Below, piece by piece: positions 1 to 9,630 of a stretch of DNA of 46,050 nucleotides. Every line of letters begins with the position of its first letter. Within the stretch, counting starts at the first letter, position 1. The stretch is from a virus (lineage: Duplodnaviria > Caudoviricetes). Below the pieces are notes generated by a model. It was not told the origin of the DNA and did no database searches. It saw only the letters and a program-made list of their open reading frames with translations. A program made the position numbers and the translations under genes. The DNA lies in the IMG/VR virus record IMGVR_UViG_3300049058_000009, positions 1-46,050 of that record. One strand, 5' to 3'.

Positions 1-26
1 CGTGTAGACACATCCCTTGGAATAGC
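1..26. repeat. Terminal overlap, copy 1 (circular contig)
   Basis: cgtgtagacacatcccttggaatagc is identical to 46025-46050, and the scaffold ORF reads in frame across the join. Confidence 0.95.
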
Positions 27-1307
27 TTTAGCCTGTTCACGATACGACTTTCCGCTATTAGGGGTTGCGGATTTCCCAGGAGTCTTTCTTTCTTGAGGTC
101 CAGTTTTTACAGGCTCTGAACCATTAGCCTTTGGTTTCTCAGTCCTACCACCTAAAGCAGTTTTACGCCCCTTTTGTATAGCTGGGAGCAACAGCTGTCT
201 TGCTTTAGATAAAATGGCAGAACGTATTGCTTGTTTATCATTCTCTGCAAAATCACTCTTTGCAGCTTTTTCCCACAAACGAGTAATTACTGCCTGAAAT
301 CTCTTATCCGTTTTAATTGCTTCTTGAACATCTGCGAATACGTCACCGACTGCCTTTGTCTTAACGTATTCACTCATTGACTCTTTCGGGTCAATATTAC
401 GTTCAATCGTGGCCTTGATTACATTCTCTACTTTCGTAGTAATTTCACCCTTAGCCTGATTGAACTGACGCTGAAAGAACTCACGCTGCTTATTATCTAA
501 TTCCTTAGCGCGCGGGTCATCTTTCGGCTTATCTTGTGCTAACTTACCATGCGGCTGAAACTCTTTTGGCCCATAAACAAACTGATGAACCAATTGTGCA
601 GCAGCTTTTAATCCCTCGTTACCCTGTTTACTGCCCGCAGCAACCATCTCTGTAATAACTTCTTTAATTACTCCAGAGTATATATGAGTTACTACATCCT
701 TGTCAATACGATTCAGGGTTGGAATAAGTTCATCTACCATTCGATAGAATGAATTTTTATCCCCTTGTGCTACTGCCTCTAAGATTGGAGCAATTTCGCC
801 TTGTTGTAACTGGCTCTCCAATTTATCCCAAGTCTGAGCTTTATCCTGAGACGCTTCAGCATCCTTAATCGTCGGAAATATTTCGGTATATTTCTGCTCA
901 CGATAGAAAGCTTTTTCTAATTGAGGAAAGTCTTTGAATAACTTTGGATACTTAGCTAACATCTCTTTACGAGATGCAGGAATATCCGTAGGTTCTTCTA
1001 ACTTATCCTCATCGGGTTCTTCAAGGTCTTTCTCAAGCTCATCTTCGAGAGTTTCCTCATCTTCCTCCGATTCATCGCTTTCTTCGTCATCTTCTTTTTC
1101 TTCGTCCTCTTTAACTTCCTCTTTTTCCGGACTTTTAATTTTTTCAGGTTTCAGGTCGAGTGTTTCAGGCTCGCCTTCACCCTCACCTTCCTCATCTTTT
1201 AAAAAGTTCTCTAAATCATGCTGGTTCATTTCAACTGGTGGAGGCGTAACAGAACCCCCACCAGCATCTTCTGGACCTAATAATTCATTTTTAATTAACT
1301 TGAACAT
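1..1307 (-). CDS. Putative capsid scaffolding protein (442 aa, continues across the join to 46003); absent from ORF track
   Basis: ATG at 1307 preceded by GGAG; MFKLIKNELLGPEDAGGG..., highly acidic N-terminus, helical middle, basic C-terminus; lies between portal and major capsid genes. Confidence 0.8.
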   Translation of the reverse strand, partial: MFKLIKNELLGPEDAGGGSVTPPPVEMNQHDLENFLKDEEGEGEGEPETLDLKPEKIKSPEKEEVKEDEEKEDDEESDESEEDEETLEDELEKDLEEPDEDKLEEPTDIPASRKEMLAKYPKLFKDFPQLEKAFYREQKYTEIFPTIKDAEASQDKAQTWDKLESQLQQGEIAPILEAVAQGDKNSFYRMVDELIPTLNRIDKDVVTHIYSGVIKEVITEMVAAGSKQGNEGLKAAAQLVHQFVYGPKEFQPHGKLAQDKPKDDPRAKELDNKQREFFQRQFNQAKGEITTKVENVIKATIERNIDPKESMSEYVKTKAVGDVFADVQEAIKTDKRFQAVITRLWEKAAKSDFAENDKQAIRSAILSKARQLLLPAIQKGRKTALGGRTEKPKANGSEPVKTGPQERKTPGKSATPNSGKSYREQAKAIPRDVST

Positions 1308-3627
1308 CTCCGTCTCCAGTTATAGGTGCTTCTTTATCAGTCTCTTTTGGCTTTTCATTTGGCGTAGCACCGTTACCAGTTAAAGCCCCTTGTTGCATCA
1401 TTTCTTCCATCATCTTAGCTTGCATTGCCTGCTTATGCATACGCGCGTGTAAAAGCACGTTCTGATAACCAGCCTGATTTTCATATTTAGCCTGGAGACC
1501 AGCTTCACTATTTAACCATTTAATACAAATTTCAAGTTCTACTGCATCAACATCAAACTCGCCAACTTCAACAGATGGCATTTGCTGAGGCTGTAACAAT
1601 GCAGGGTCCACTGGAACTCCTGCTTCTGCATCCATTAATACTTCTGGAGGCGGAGGCATTTCCATTGGCTGCGAACTTAATAAAACTTTAATCTCCTCAT
1701 ACTGTTTATTACGACTATCTTCACCCGGAATATAAAGTTCAGGAATTCCGAGAGCCTCATAAAGCAACGGCAGATTTTCTGGATTAGCAAGTAATTGCAT
1801 AAGCTGCGGATTGCTAGCCTGCAACAACTGCATTAAAACATCCTTCTGCTGTGCAAAGGTAATAGGTAAGTTCTCGTTAGCCTCTAATTCAAAGTTACCT
1901 AACTTACCTTCAAGTTCTGCTTTATGAATTACGATGTTGATAAAGTTGCCCGTTGCATCTCGCTCAACATATCTCTCATCATCACGAACACACTTAATAT
2001 ACGCTGGAATTACTTTGGAGAAGATTTCTTTCCACCAAGTAGTAAACATCTTCCATGTATTCTGTAGTCTTTGGAGCGCTTGAGCTCTTGACATAGAATA
2101 TTGGCTAGCTGTTTTACTTCCTTGTAAATCTCCCCCAAACAGACTAGGCTGTGCGCCTACTACCATCTGACCTAGAGACTGAATACTCTGGCCAAATGGC
2201 ATAATTTCTTGACTTAATGTAGCAGTCTTAACTTCGTAGAATGCTTCCTGTAAACTCTTACCAGATTTCGGAGTAGCTGGATAAATTGCACCAGGCTGTG
2301 TTTCCTGCTGACCGTAAGCATCAAAATCTAATACTGCGGGGTCAGCGAAAGTCTGTGGAATTCCGTGTTCAACAGTCTGTAAAGTTAAGCTAATTAAGTC
2401 GTTTGTAATTTCCTGAACTGAAGTTAACATCAACCCAAGCGGGTCGAATGTAATGTAATCGCTAAACGGATTACGAGTAATGGTCCAAATATCATCTAAT
2501 GATTCGTTATGATATTCAGCACAATGCTCGTTAATTAAAACGATTCGTGCTCCATTCGGAAACTTTTTCTTTAAGAACTCTGCATCTTCTCTATTTTCTA
2601 AACAATCAAATGCACAAGGACGTAACCATGCGCGCCTGACTGTAGTTGTATTATCTGGATACTGCCCTAAATACTGTGGATTTAAACGTGCCCAACGCTC
2701 GTAATAATCTAACGCATTTTCATTGCCCGGAGTAATTTCATTCCATAAGAGCGGAAATTCGCTACGGACTTGCGCGTAATGCATTTCCTCACTAAAAAAT
2801 AGATAAGGAGTATCAGCAGGCGTGCGGGCATAGTTGGCAACTTTTACGTTTAAGCCACCATAAACTTCTGTGCACTGACGAGACTTAGGTTTCTCTGTTA
2901 CTCCGGTAATACGTTCAACAATTAAATTATGGCGCTGAGTTTCTGGAGCACCAAAATTTAAACACTGAGGACAAAGTTCCGCGTCAGCCTGAAGATAACT
3001 CTGCGCTAAAGCATCGTCATCATCTGGACCAAACTCATCTTTTGCTTCCCCAGAGAGGATAGAATCAGCTAACTGGAATTTACAAAGTGCACAAATTTTA
3101 GTTTCGTGCAACTCAGCTTCATTAACAGTTACATTCTCTTTAACAGTTCCGTATTCCTTTGATTCTTTAGTGTAGCCTTTGCAAGCTACCATTCCCTCAG
3201 TGCAATAAATGTATAACGCCTGAAGCCAAACTAAATTAGCATCATTATGACGATAAATTAATTTACCAATCTTGTCGCCAGCTTTGGCTGTAAGTAAGTC
3301 GAGCGGATTATCCGCATCATCGGGATAACATTTAATTGCCGGTATCGTAATGGATAACGCAGCAATAATAGATTCAAGATAAGCACGGAAAACGTTAATT
3401 GGCTTATCGTAATAATCCTGCTGACCACCATCATCAGCCTGTGAAGGTTCCCATACACGCCAATCATGCGCGACTTCCGAATACCAGGTTCTAGTAAAAC
3501 CTTCCCATAATAACTTGAGCCTACGCCATTTACGTAACTGTAGCTCACGAGTAGTTTGGTCTTCTTTCCAATACTCCTCGGCTACATACTTAAGAAGTTC
3601 TACAATCCGGTCGTTTTCTGCACTCAT
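1291..3627 (-). CDS. Portal protein with CxxC...CxxC insertion
   Basis: 778 aa, between TerL and scaffold; SKTASQYSMSRAQALQRL portal-like helix, Gln/Pro/Met-rich C-terminus. Confidence 0.85.
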   Translation of the reverse strand: MSAENDRIVELLKYVAEEYWKEDQTTRELQLRKWRRLKLLWEGFTRTWYSEVAHDWRVWEPSQADDGGQQDYYDKPINVFRAYLESIIAALSITIPAIKCYPDDADNPLDLLTAKAGDKIGKLIYRHNDANLVWLQALYIYCTEGMVACKGYTKESKEYGTVKENVTVNEAELHETKICALCKFQLADSILSGEAKDEFGPDDDDALAQSYLQADAELCPQCLNFGAPETQRHNLIVERITGVTEKPKSRQCTEVYGGLNVKVANYARTPADTPYLFFSEEMHYAQVRSEFPLLWNEITPGNENALDYYERWARLNPQYLGQYPDNTTTVRRAWLRPCAFDCLENREDAEFLKKKFPNGARIVLINEHCAEYHNESLDDIWTITRNPFSDYITFDPLGLMLTSVQEITNDLISLTLQTVEHGIPQTFADPAVLDFDAYGQQETQPGAIYPATPKSGKSLQEAFYEVKTATLSQEIMPFGQSIQSLGQMVVGAQPSLFGGDLQGSKTASQYSMSRAQALQRLQNTWKMFTTWWKEIFSKVIPAYIKCVRDDERYVERDATGNFINIVIHKAELEGKLGNFELEANENLPITFAQQKDVLMQLLQASNPQLMQLLANPENLPLLYEALGIPELYIPGEDSRNKQYEEIKVLLSSQPMEMPPPPEVLMDAEAGVPVDPALLQPQQMPSVEVGEFDVDAVELEICIKWLNSEAGLQAKYENQAGYQNVLLHARMHKQAMQAKMMEEMMQQGALTGNGATPNEKPKETDKEAPITGDGDVQVN

Positions 3628-4067
3628 TTTTTGCGCCTAACCGGAGGTGGGTCTAAAGAAATATCTCTAGTCCGAACAGGTCTAGTGCCTTCGTATGCAA
3701 AAGCTTCCTGTTCTTTCGGGTCTGCATCATAAGAACTATTCGCTGAGCGATATAATCCTTTGAGCGTATTTAATAGACCACCTTGATTCTGTTTCACATG
3801 AGTTAATTCATGTGCAAGAACTGTGCCTAAATCTTGTTTGTTCTTCTCAATCACATCTCTATTGAGAGCGATTGTTCCCCAAGGCCAAGTAATAGCATCA
3901 GCATCCGGAGCTGCAAAATTCTTTTCATACCAGTTCATTGGCCTAACTTTATTAGCCGCAGCAGTTTCTTTAGGCATTTCGATTTCTCGTCCTGCCCAAG
4001 CTGTATCTAACTGCGGCCAATTCTGCGAACTTACTTTAGGCCGGAAGTATTCAAGAATTCCTGGCAT
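3624..4067 (-). CDS. Zincin-like metallopeptidase domain protein (DUF4157-like)
   Basis: AITWPWGTIAL...LAHELTHVKQ (HExxH)...EQEAF; likely start MPGILEYF at 4067. Confidence 0.65.
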   Translation of the reverse strand: MPGILEYFRPKVSSQNWPQLDTAWAGREIEMPKETAAANKVRPMNWYEKNFAAPDADAITWPWGTIALNRDVIEKNKQDLGTVLAHELTHVKQNQGGLLNTLKGLYRSANSSYDADPKEQEAFAYEGTRPVRTRDISLDPPPVRRKK

Positions 4068-4488
4068 CGGCTCTACTTTCGTCAGCAGCAGACTGAAAAA
4101 CTTTAGCGATAACAGAATCAAGATTATCAACAGTTATTGGCTTCTCTTTTTCTGCCACTAATTGTTGTGCTTTAATCCTGTCAGCAGCTTCTAGTTCTGC
4201 ACGCCTAACAGACCACGGTTTATAACCCGATTGAATAGGCTTTGGATTACCACGAGGTTTATCATCTTCAACCTCACGTGTTTCCGGTTTAATGGTTAAA
4301 TCTCTAATTAAACGATTTGCTTCTGACAGCTGAGACTTCAGAGTTTCACATGATTGACAGATACTAGATTGGTATTCGTATTCCCCTCTAGCAGCAGCCA
4401 TTTCCAGCTCATGTTCATTCTGAAGCCTCAGCACTTCGAGTTCATGCGCGCGGGTATCTTTTAATAGAGATTTAAACCAATTAAACAT
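4051..4488 (-). CDS. Hypothetical coiled-coil protein with CxxC
   Basis: ORF abutting the TerL stop; CQSCETLKSQL coiled coil. Confidence 0.7.
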   Translation of the reverse strand: MFNWFKSLLKDTRAHELEVLRLQNEHELEMAAARGEYEYQSSICQSCETLKSQLSEANRLIRDLTIKPETREVEDDKPRGNPKPIQSGYKPWSVRRAELEAADRIKAQQLVAEKEKPITVDNLDSVIAKVFQSAADESRADARNS

Positions 4489-6132
4489 TTAATGCCGCCT
4501 TCGTTTATATCTTGATATTGCAGGATTAGCTTTCTTTCGTGGTTCAAGAATTCGCATTTGATGATAGAAAGCAGTCCAGTCTTGAGTGTTCTCAAGTAAT
4601 TTAGTTAAAACTTCCTGCTTTTGAATCTTTTCAAATGTAGTCTGTGACTCACGAATGAAAGCATCTGCCGCATCACAAATATATCTTAACCCATCAATTG
4701 GGTCATCACCATCAAATTCTGCAATATCTTCTACATTGTTATCGTCATACACACAAGTCTTGATGGCTTCGATTAATATCGGACAACCATCTGACTTGTT
4801 ATGTTCTGACGGTCCAAAGATTTGTAATCGAGGTATAATCTCAACTTCAATCTTTGGTGGTTCGTAAAGTTTTAAATATTCCTCGTAAGCAGCTTGTCCA
4901 TTCCTACGATAAATCTTTAATGCCGTAGCTTCATCGTAAGGCGGAATCTCATCTTCAGGAGTTTTAGGTTTATCAGTCCATCGTAAGAATTCATGAATCA
5001 TCATCTTACCAGCTACGCGACTTCCTCTGCTATTAGCTGTAAGTTCGATGGGCCTACCTAAAGCTTCTTCTAATTGTTGCTGAATTGTATGTTCTTGTCC
5101 TCTATCCTGTCCTGCCGATTTACAGAACTTAACTAATTTAATGTTCTCTCGGTCTAAGAAATATTTAACTTCAGGTGCCCACATCGAAATCTTAGTTCGA
5201 CGATAAGCAAGTTCTCTGTAAATATAAACTCTCTTAGACGGTGAGATTGCAGCAAATCCAATCCAAGTTAATGCTGCGAAACCCCAATCGCCGACCATAA
5301 TTCTAGGCCACCAATCAGGAATTTCAAACGGCGGAATTACATGCCGTGCATTTTCTGGTTCATTCGGATAAGGCTGTTCTCTAAACTCCTCAAATACTTG
5401 ACCCTGGAAAGCATTCCAATCTCCAAGTTTAGCTTTACGCTCCGCTTCAGGCAGAGCCATAATGCTATTCTTGTATTCAGGGTCAATATGCGGATTGTCC
5501 ATTAATGTTGCATGGACATAGAACCGCTTAATACCCGCTTTACCTTTTATAATTGACCCGCCTTCAGGACAAGGGTCAACAAATCTTTTCTTAACAAACG
5601 TGTGACCTTCTCCGCCTGGCATTCCGCTAGCACGAATAATAGCAGGAAGACTTGGGTCTGAAGTTCTCACACGAGTTAATCCAATATACAGATACATGAA
5701 CTCTGTATAGGATTGTAATTCGTCCGGTGTCCAGAGATTAATTTCCATTGAATCATATTGGTGAACATCTTTCTCATGCTCAATATGACCCATGAATATT
5801 CTGGCACCATCATTCCTCATCCCGCTACCATATTGGTCATCGCGGGGAAATGTCCAACACATATCGGTGCCATTGAATGTAGCACCAAAGTGTCGATACA
5901 ATTCATAACTACGAGGAACAATTTCTAACTTAAGTTCTCTGTAAGTTCTCCGTGTAAAGAGTTGCTTGAATCTTGGATTCTTATGTAATCCACGCGCAAC
6001 TGGATAAACGAGAAGGAGGTCAGATTTACCTCCACCTACACCACCACCAAAGAATCCTTCCTTAATAGTCCAAGGTAGCTTTAAGAAAGTCTCCTGAGGT
6101 TTAGTAGGTTCCCATTTATCCAGAAACGCCAC
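4489..6132 (-). CDS. terL: Terminase large subunit
   Basis: Walker A GGGVGGGKS, Walker B TPDELQ, RNase H-like GDWG and DDPIDGLRY. Confidence 0.93.
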   Translation of the reverse strand: MAFLDKWEPTKPQETFLKLPWTIKEGFFGGGVGGGKSDLLLVYPVARGLHKNPRFKQLFTRRTYRELKLEIVPRSYELYRHFGATFNGTDMCWTFPRDDQYGSGMRNDGARIFMGHIEHEKDVHQYDSMEINLWTPDELQSYTEFMYLYIGLTRVRTSDPSLPAIIRASGMPGGEGHTFVKKRFVDPCPEGGSIIKGKAGIKRFYVHATLMDNPHIDPEYKNSIMALPEAERKAKLGDWNAFQGQVFEEFREQPYPNEPENARHVIPPFEIPDWWPRIMVGDWGFAALTWIGFAAISPSKRVYIYRELAYRRTKISMWAPEVKYFLDRENIKLVKFCKSAGQDRGQEHTIQQQLEEALGRPIELTANSRGSRVAGKMMIHEFLRWTDKPKTPEDEIPPYDEATALKIYRRNGQAAYEEYLKLYEPPKIEVEIIPRLQIFGPSEHNKSDGCPILIEAIKTCVYDDNNVEDIAEFDGDDPIDGLRYICDAADAFIRESQTTFEKIQKQEVLTKLLENTQDWTAFYHQMRILEPRKKANPAISRYKRRRH

Positions 6133-6359
6133 TACATTACCTTACAACGAATAGTCGGTGAAGCAGTCGTGCAACGAACGAATCCACCTGCGCAATTAAT
6201 ACCAGTTGTATTAGCACCAGTTAATGCAGCGAACGAACCGCCCGAAGTATCTGCAACTTCAATAGCTGCACTCGACTTAACAAATACCAAGCGCGCAGGT
6301 AACGCGTAAACTACATCCTGAGTTAACGTATGCTCCGGTCCAATAGTTAATGTCGTCAT
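6132..6359 (-). CDS. Small beta-rich hypothetical (possible virion) protein
   Basis: AAGGA RBS, coupled to TerL start; Thr/Ala/Gly-rich. Confidence 0.7.
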   Translation of the reverse strand: MTTLTIGPEHTLTQDVVYALPARLVFVKSSAAIEVADTSGGSFAALTGANTTGINCAGGFVRCTTASPTIRCKVM

Positions 6360-6371
6360 CGTTATCCTTTA

Positions 6372-6436
6372 TTATGGGGGATAGAGTTCTCGTGGTTATG
6401 AGAAATATAATTAAAAAGAACTCATCTCCCCCATAA
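6372..6436. other. Long intergenic hairpin (processing or termination site)
   Basis: TTATGGGGGA-TAGAGTTC ... GAACTC-ATC-TCCCCCATAA inverted repeat. Confidence 0.55.
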
Positions 6437-6438
6437 AG

Positions 6439-6627
6439 CTACTGGCAATACAGACTGGGCCAATAATCTCCAGTCTGCACTGGCCTGCTATATCCTGGGA
6501 TTGTAATACTTCCTGTATTAATATTTACACCGTAGTAAAGTTCAACTCCAGCTAATCCGATATCTAATGTAGCTACCCAATTACCTTGAACTCTACCAAC
6601 TCGTGTAACAATAGCAGGAATTATTAC
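6439..6627 (-). CDS. Start-less open frame, possible -1 frameshift extension of 6624-7040
   Basis: 63 codons VIIPAIVTRVGRVQGNWVATLDIGLAGVELYYG...LYCQ*, phage-like codon usage, no ATG at its 5' end. Confidence 0.4.
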   Translation of the reverse strand, partial: VIIPAIVTRVGRVQGNWVATLDIGLAGVELYYGVNINTGSITIPGYSRPVQTGDYWPSLYCQ

Positions 6628-7040
6628 GCACCTCGAACACGAAACCCCGTTCTGGCCGCAGGCGGAACCAGCCGAGAAAAAGAAACTGAATTGCTAGGCG
6701 GAGATAAAGCTACAACACTTCCGCTAGTAGCTACCGCAACCAATGAAGCAGAATAATCCCCGATAGGTAAAGCAAATAAAGGCCCAGTGTTATTCCCAGT
6801 ATCATGAGAACATACAGTGCCCTGAGTAGGACCATCCCACACCAAATAGCGTGGATTAACAGTCCCAGCCCCACCAGGGTCAGTAGTAAGAGTGCAATTA
6901 ACTGTAGCCGCAGCGAATGAATAAGTAGAGCTGCTGGCTCCAGTAATACGTAACTCATAACTTGTTGGGGCAGGTGGAGTTTGAGCGAAAACAGAACTAG
7001 CAAATAACAGAAAGCTGCACAGAAAAAGAATTTTCTTCAT
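6624..7040 (-). CDS. Secreted beta-sandwich (FN3-like) protein
   Basis: Sec signal MKKILFLCSFLLFASSVFA/Q, Cys pair in the mature part, C-terminal PPAARTGFRV. Confidence 0.7.
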   Translation of the reverse strand: MKKILFLCSFLLFASSVFAQTPPAPTSYELRITGASSSTYSFAAATVNCTLTTDPGGAGTVNPRYLVWDGPTQGTVCSHDTGNNTGPLFALPIGDYSASLVAVATSGSVVALSPPSNSVSFSRLVPPAARTGFRVRGA

Positions 7041-7666
7041 TACTGCCTCAAATAATCAAACCAACCTTGGGTTAACCACAGATGCATCATTGAATCTTTT
7101 TTCAAAATTAAAGAATGGTCTATTTTCTCTAATTTATGATTCTCATCTGCATACTTACTAGCCCTAGAACCAAACCAGTTACCATCTCCAATTTGACCTA
7201 AGAACTGTGTTCTATCGGCTTGGTCGTAGATATGTAACCATTTATGAATATAGGGTCTAGCTCTTACTGTGATGTCCTCCATGTCATTACGTATAGGAGA
7301 ACATACAGATACCACATTATGAATATAATATCCAAAACTTGCACAGAACAGAAGCGGCTGCAAGCCGTGCGAATGAACAATAAAATTCCTGTGTTCTTCA
7401 GGAACATTTTGCAAGTAATAAACTAAAGACCAACCACCTGCTAACCAATCAACAAGTTTAGTCTTCGGCGCTAGAAATGTGTAGCCTATTCCGTTAATGT
7501 CACTAGACCAAATGAAGGGGGGAAGTTTATTCCACTGATGCATTGCATTGCGTCTAGCAAATTGTGCAAATGGTCCAGTGGTTTTCCACCAAGCCGTTTC
7601 ATTTTCATCTATAGCCCAAGTTCCATGTATTGGGATATAGTATGCTGGTCTAGGAAAGCTACTCAT
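7040..7666 (-). CDS. Alpha/beta hydrolase (lipase/esterase-like)
   Basis: IHGTW oxyanion motif, VHSHG nucleophile elbow, downstream D and DHS. Confidence 0.8.
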   Translation of the reverse strand: MSSFPRPAYYIPIHGTWAIDENETAWWKTTGPFAQFARRNAMHQWNKLPPFIWSSDINGIGYTFLAPKTKLVDWLAGGWSLVYYLQNVPEEHRNFIVHSHGLQPLLFCASFGYYIHNVVSVCSPIRNDMEDITVRARPYIHKWLHIYDQADRTQFLGQIGDGNWFGSRASKYADENHKLEKIDHSLILKKDSMMHLWLTQGWFDYLRQ

Positions 7667-7892
7667 AATTTATTTTAATTTCCCAGCAGGGTCGTTGTTT
7701 CTCCCATTCTGGGCCAGCAGTATTAACGCAAATCTGTCGAAGGAACTGTTGATGTATTTCTACCTTACGTTCTAACAAATTAAACTTTCCTTCGACCCTG
7801 ACACCCAGCCAAAAAGCAATAGCAAGGAGAATAGTTACGGGCAAGCCGACGTCTTTAACAACCTTCAAAAACCAGCCGTATTTTCTCTCCAT
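7659..7892 (-). CDS. Single-TM protein, holin/spanin-like
   Basis: DVGLPVTILLAIAFWLG TM helix, coiled coil, C-x12-C; likely start MERKYG. Confidence 0.55.
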   Translation of the reverse strand: MERKYGWFLKVVKDVGLPVTILLAIAFWLGVRVEGKFNLLERKVEIHQQFLRQICVNTAGPEWEKQRPCWEIKINYE

Positions 7893-7899
7893 ATCATCG

Positions 7900-8553
7900 C
7901 TATTCGTGGACATGGACGACATTGAATTCGCTTTCGTGTGCCATTTGTGGTGCATAAAGTGTGATAGTAGGCATGTTAATATTCACACCATTCCTATCAG
8001 ATGGAGGCTCCATATTTTTAATAATGGCAGCCATATTCTTAGCCACATTAGATGCCTCTAATGCAGTTAAGTCTTGTAGTTTTGAATCTTTAATTTCACG
8101 TAAAGACTTCATTAGCTTTCCGGCTGCGCGCTTTGAAATACGTTTACGCGTCTCACCAAGAAAGTCTTTTAAGTCTTTATCAGGCTTATTGTATGTTGCC
8201 GTGGAAGTGGCACCTTTACTATAAGCTGCAACTGAGGAATCAGAGATACCAAGAAACTGAGCGATAGCTAAACCTGCTGGTCTACCTTCCTCAATTACTG
8301 CTTCTCCAATAATTTTGCGGATTCCTTGCGGGACTTCTGTATTGCCCTTTCCTCTGCCCTTATCAATGTGTATAACTTCAGCAAGAACGTTGGGCGTGGA
8401 GCATTGTTCATCAGAACCGCTAGTCTCTGAAGGCAAATCATTCGGGAATACTTCTTCTGGTTTAGGAACGTCTGTCGTGTCGTTGGTGCTGACATTAGGA
8501 ACTACTCCTAACTCCTTATTGTAATCTTCGTCTTTTACAATACCTAGCGGCAT
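7900..8553 (-). CDS. Putative terminase small subunit / HTH protein
   Basis: First late gene; HTH-like AIAQFLGISDSSVAAY; C-terminal beta strand; AGGA RBS before ATG 8553. Confidence 0.5.
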   Translation of the reverse strand: MPLGIVKDEDYNKELGVVPNVSTNDTTDVPKPEEVFPNDLPSETSGSDEQCSTPNVLAEVIHIDKGRGKGNTEVPQGIRKIIGEAVIEEGRPAGLAIAQFLGISDSSVAAYSKGATSTATYNKPDKDLKDFLGETRKRISKRAAGKLMKSLREIKDSKLQDLTALEASNVAKNMAAIIKNMEPPSDRNGVNINMPTITLYAPQMAHESEFNVVHVHE

Positions 8554-8595
8554 AATATATCCTAGCAAAAGCCGGGCACACTGACACCCGCGCAC

Positions 8596-8604
8596 AGTCT
8601 ACCA
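8596..8604 (-). promoter_or_regulatory. Candidate extended -10 promoter for the late arm
   Basis: TGgTAGACT on the minus strand ~45 nt upstream of the 8553 start. Confidence 0.3.
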
Positions 8605-8615
8605 CAACTCGGCTA

Positions 8616-8645
8616 TTGACAGAACAGCCCAGTTCGCGCTACAAT
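8616..8645 (+). promoter_or_regulatory. Sigma70-type promoter
   Basis: TTGACA-N18-TACAAT at the start of the rightward arm. Confidence 0.55.
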
Positions 8646-8679
8646 GCCATCTACATGCATGTAAAATCGGGAGGCTGGT

Positions 8680-8838
8680 TTGACCCATAACCCTACGGTC
8701 GAGTCCGTAAGCTTAAAGGTATGTGCTAACTGTGACAAGAAATTTAAACCTAAACGCATATGGCAGAGATTCTGTAAGTCGAAGTGTCGAGATGAATGGC
8801 ATAATCGAGAACGAATATTAGGTCCATTAAGAAAGTAA
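8680..8838 (+). CDS. Small zinc-finger protein (52 aa, not in ORF track)
   Basis: GGAGG + TTG start; CANC-x-FKPKRIWQRFCKSKCR. Confidence 0.7.
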   Translation: MTHNPTVESVSLKVCANCDKKFKPKRIWQRFCKSKCRDEWHNRERILGPLRK

Positions 8839-8840
8839 AC

Positions 8841-9008
8841 ATGCGCGTTCTTGTTTGGCCGTATGCTGGTCAAAAAAGGGAGATTAAATTATATATTGGT
8901 GTTAAAGAAATTGAATCAACTGTTGAAGTCTATATCTTGAAGTTCTTCGATGGTAAAGTAGTAGTCCTTGAAAAGTCTTATATTCACAAAATGATGGTGG
9001 ACGAATGA
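8841..9008 (+). CDS. Hypothetical protein (55 aa)
   Basis: ATG just after the previous stop, ATGA overlap with the next gene. Confidence 0.55.
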   Translation: MRVLVWPYAGQKREIKLYIGVKEIESTVEVYILKFFDGKVVVLEKSYIHKMMVDE

Positions 9009-9271
9009 AGTATTATTTTCTCGTTGTGTGTAATGATCATAACCATTGTCTTGCGGTAATGAAACATTACTATGAGAAATTCCCCACAGCCGTAGCTAAC
9101 ACAGCTCTTAAGCATGTGATGATTGATAATATCGTTTTCGTGTTTATGTCACGTAACACTGACCCACATCAATTGTTATCTTCTCAATTTTTAGGAGTAG
9201 TTTATCCTCCGGGTTATGAGGGACCAATGAATTTTGAAAATACTGCAATGACTAGAACGAGGTGGACTTAA
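9005..9271 (+). CDS. Hypothetical protein
   Basis: Coupled ORF in small-gene cluster. Confidence 0.55.
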   Translation: MKYYFLVVCNDHNHCLAVMKHYYEKFPTAVANTALKHVMIDNIVFVFMSRNTDPHQLLSSQFLGVVYPPGYEGPMNFENTAMTRTRWT

Positions 9272-9489
9272 TGACTGCATTCGATAGGACATATAATCCA
9301 CTCGCGTTCTTGACTGAAGCTATTGCATATCTCGAACATGAATACGGTCAAGTAATGCCGATGGAACATTACTTATATACCGGCGATACAATGTATTACC
9401 TTTATGGCGCGCGGTTGTATAAACTGACTCCTACTAATTATCCAGGAGTTCCATTATCATTCAGTGTTGAGAAGATATTTGTGCCATGA
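9262..9489 (+). CDS. Hypothetical protein
   Basis: GAGGTG RBS, coupled to the previous ORF. Confidence 0.55.
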   Translation: MDLMTAFDRTYNPLAFLTEAIAYLEHEYGQVMPMEHYLYTGDTMYYLYGARLYKLTPTNYPGVPLSFSVEKIFVP

Positions 9490-9630
9490 CTGCTGAAGAA
9501 TATATGCGTTATAATGCATGGTTAAGATTTATGAGACTCTTAAACCGTGGTCGTGAATAATGAAAGAATATCTTTATTCTGTATGGGTCGGTCTTCGTAA
9601 CTGGTGGTATACAAAACTGGATGACTGGCT

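Noticed and set aside
934-1383. Ser-rich + strand ORF
   Set aside because: Antisense shadow of the acidic scaffold gene
8613-8873. 86-aa minus-strand ORF
   Set aside because: Antisense to the better supported zinc-finger gene 8680-8838
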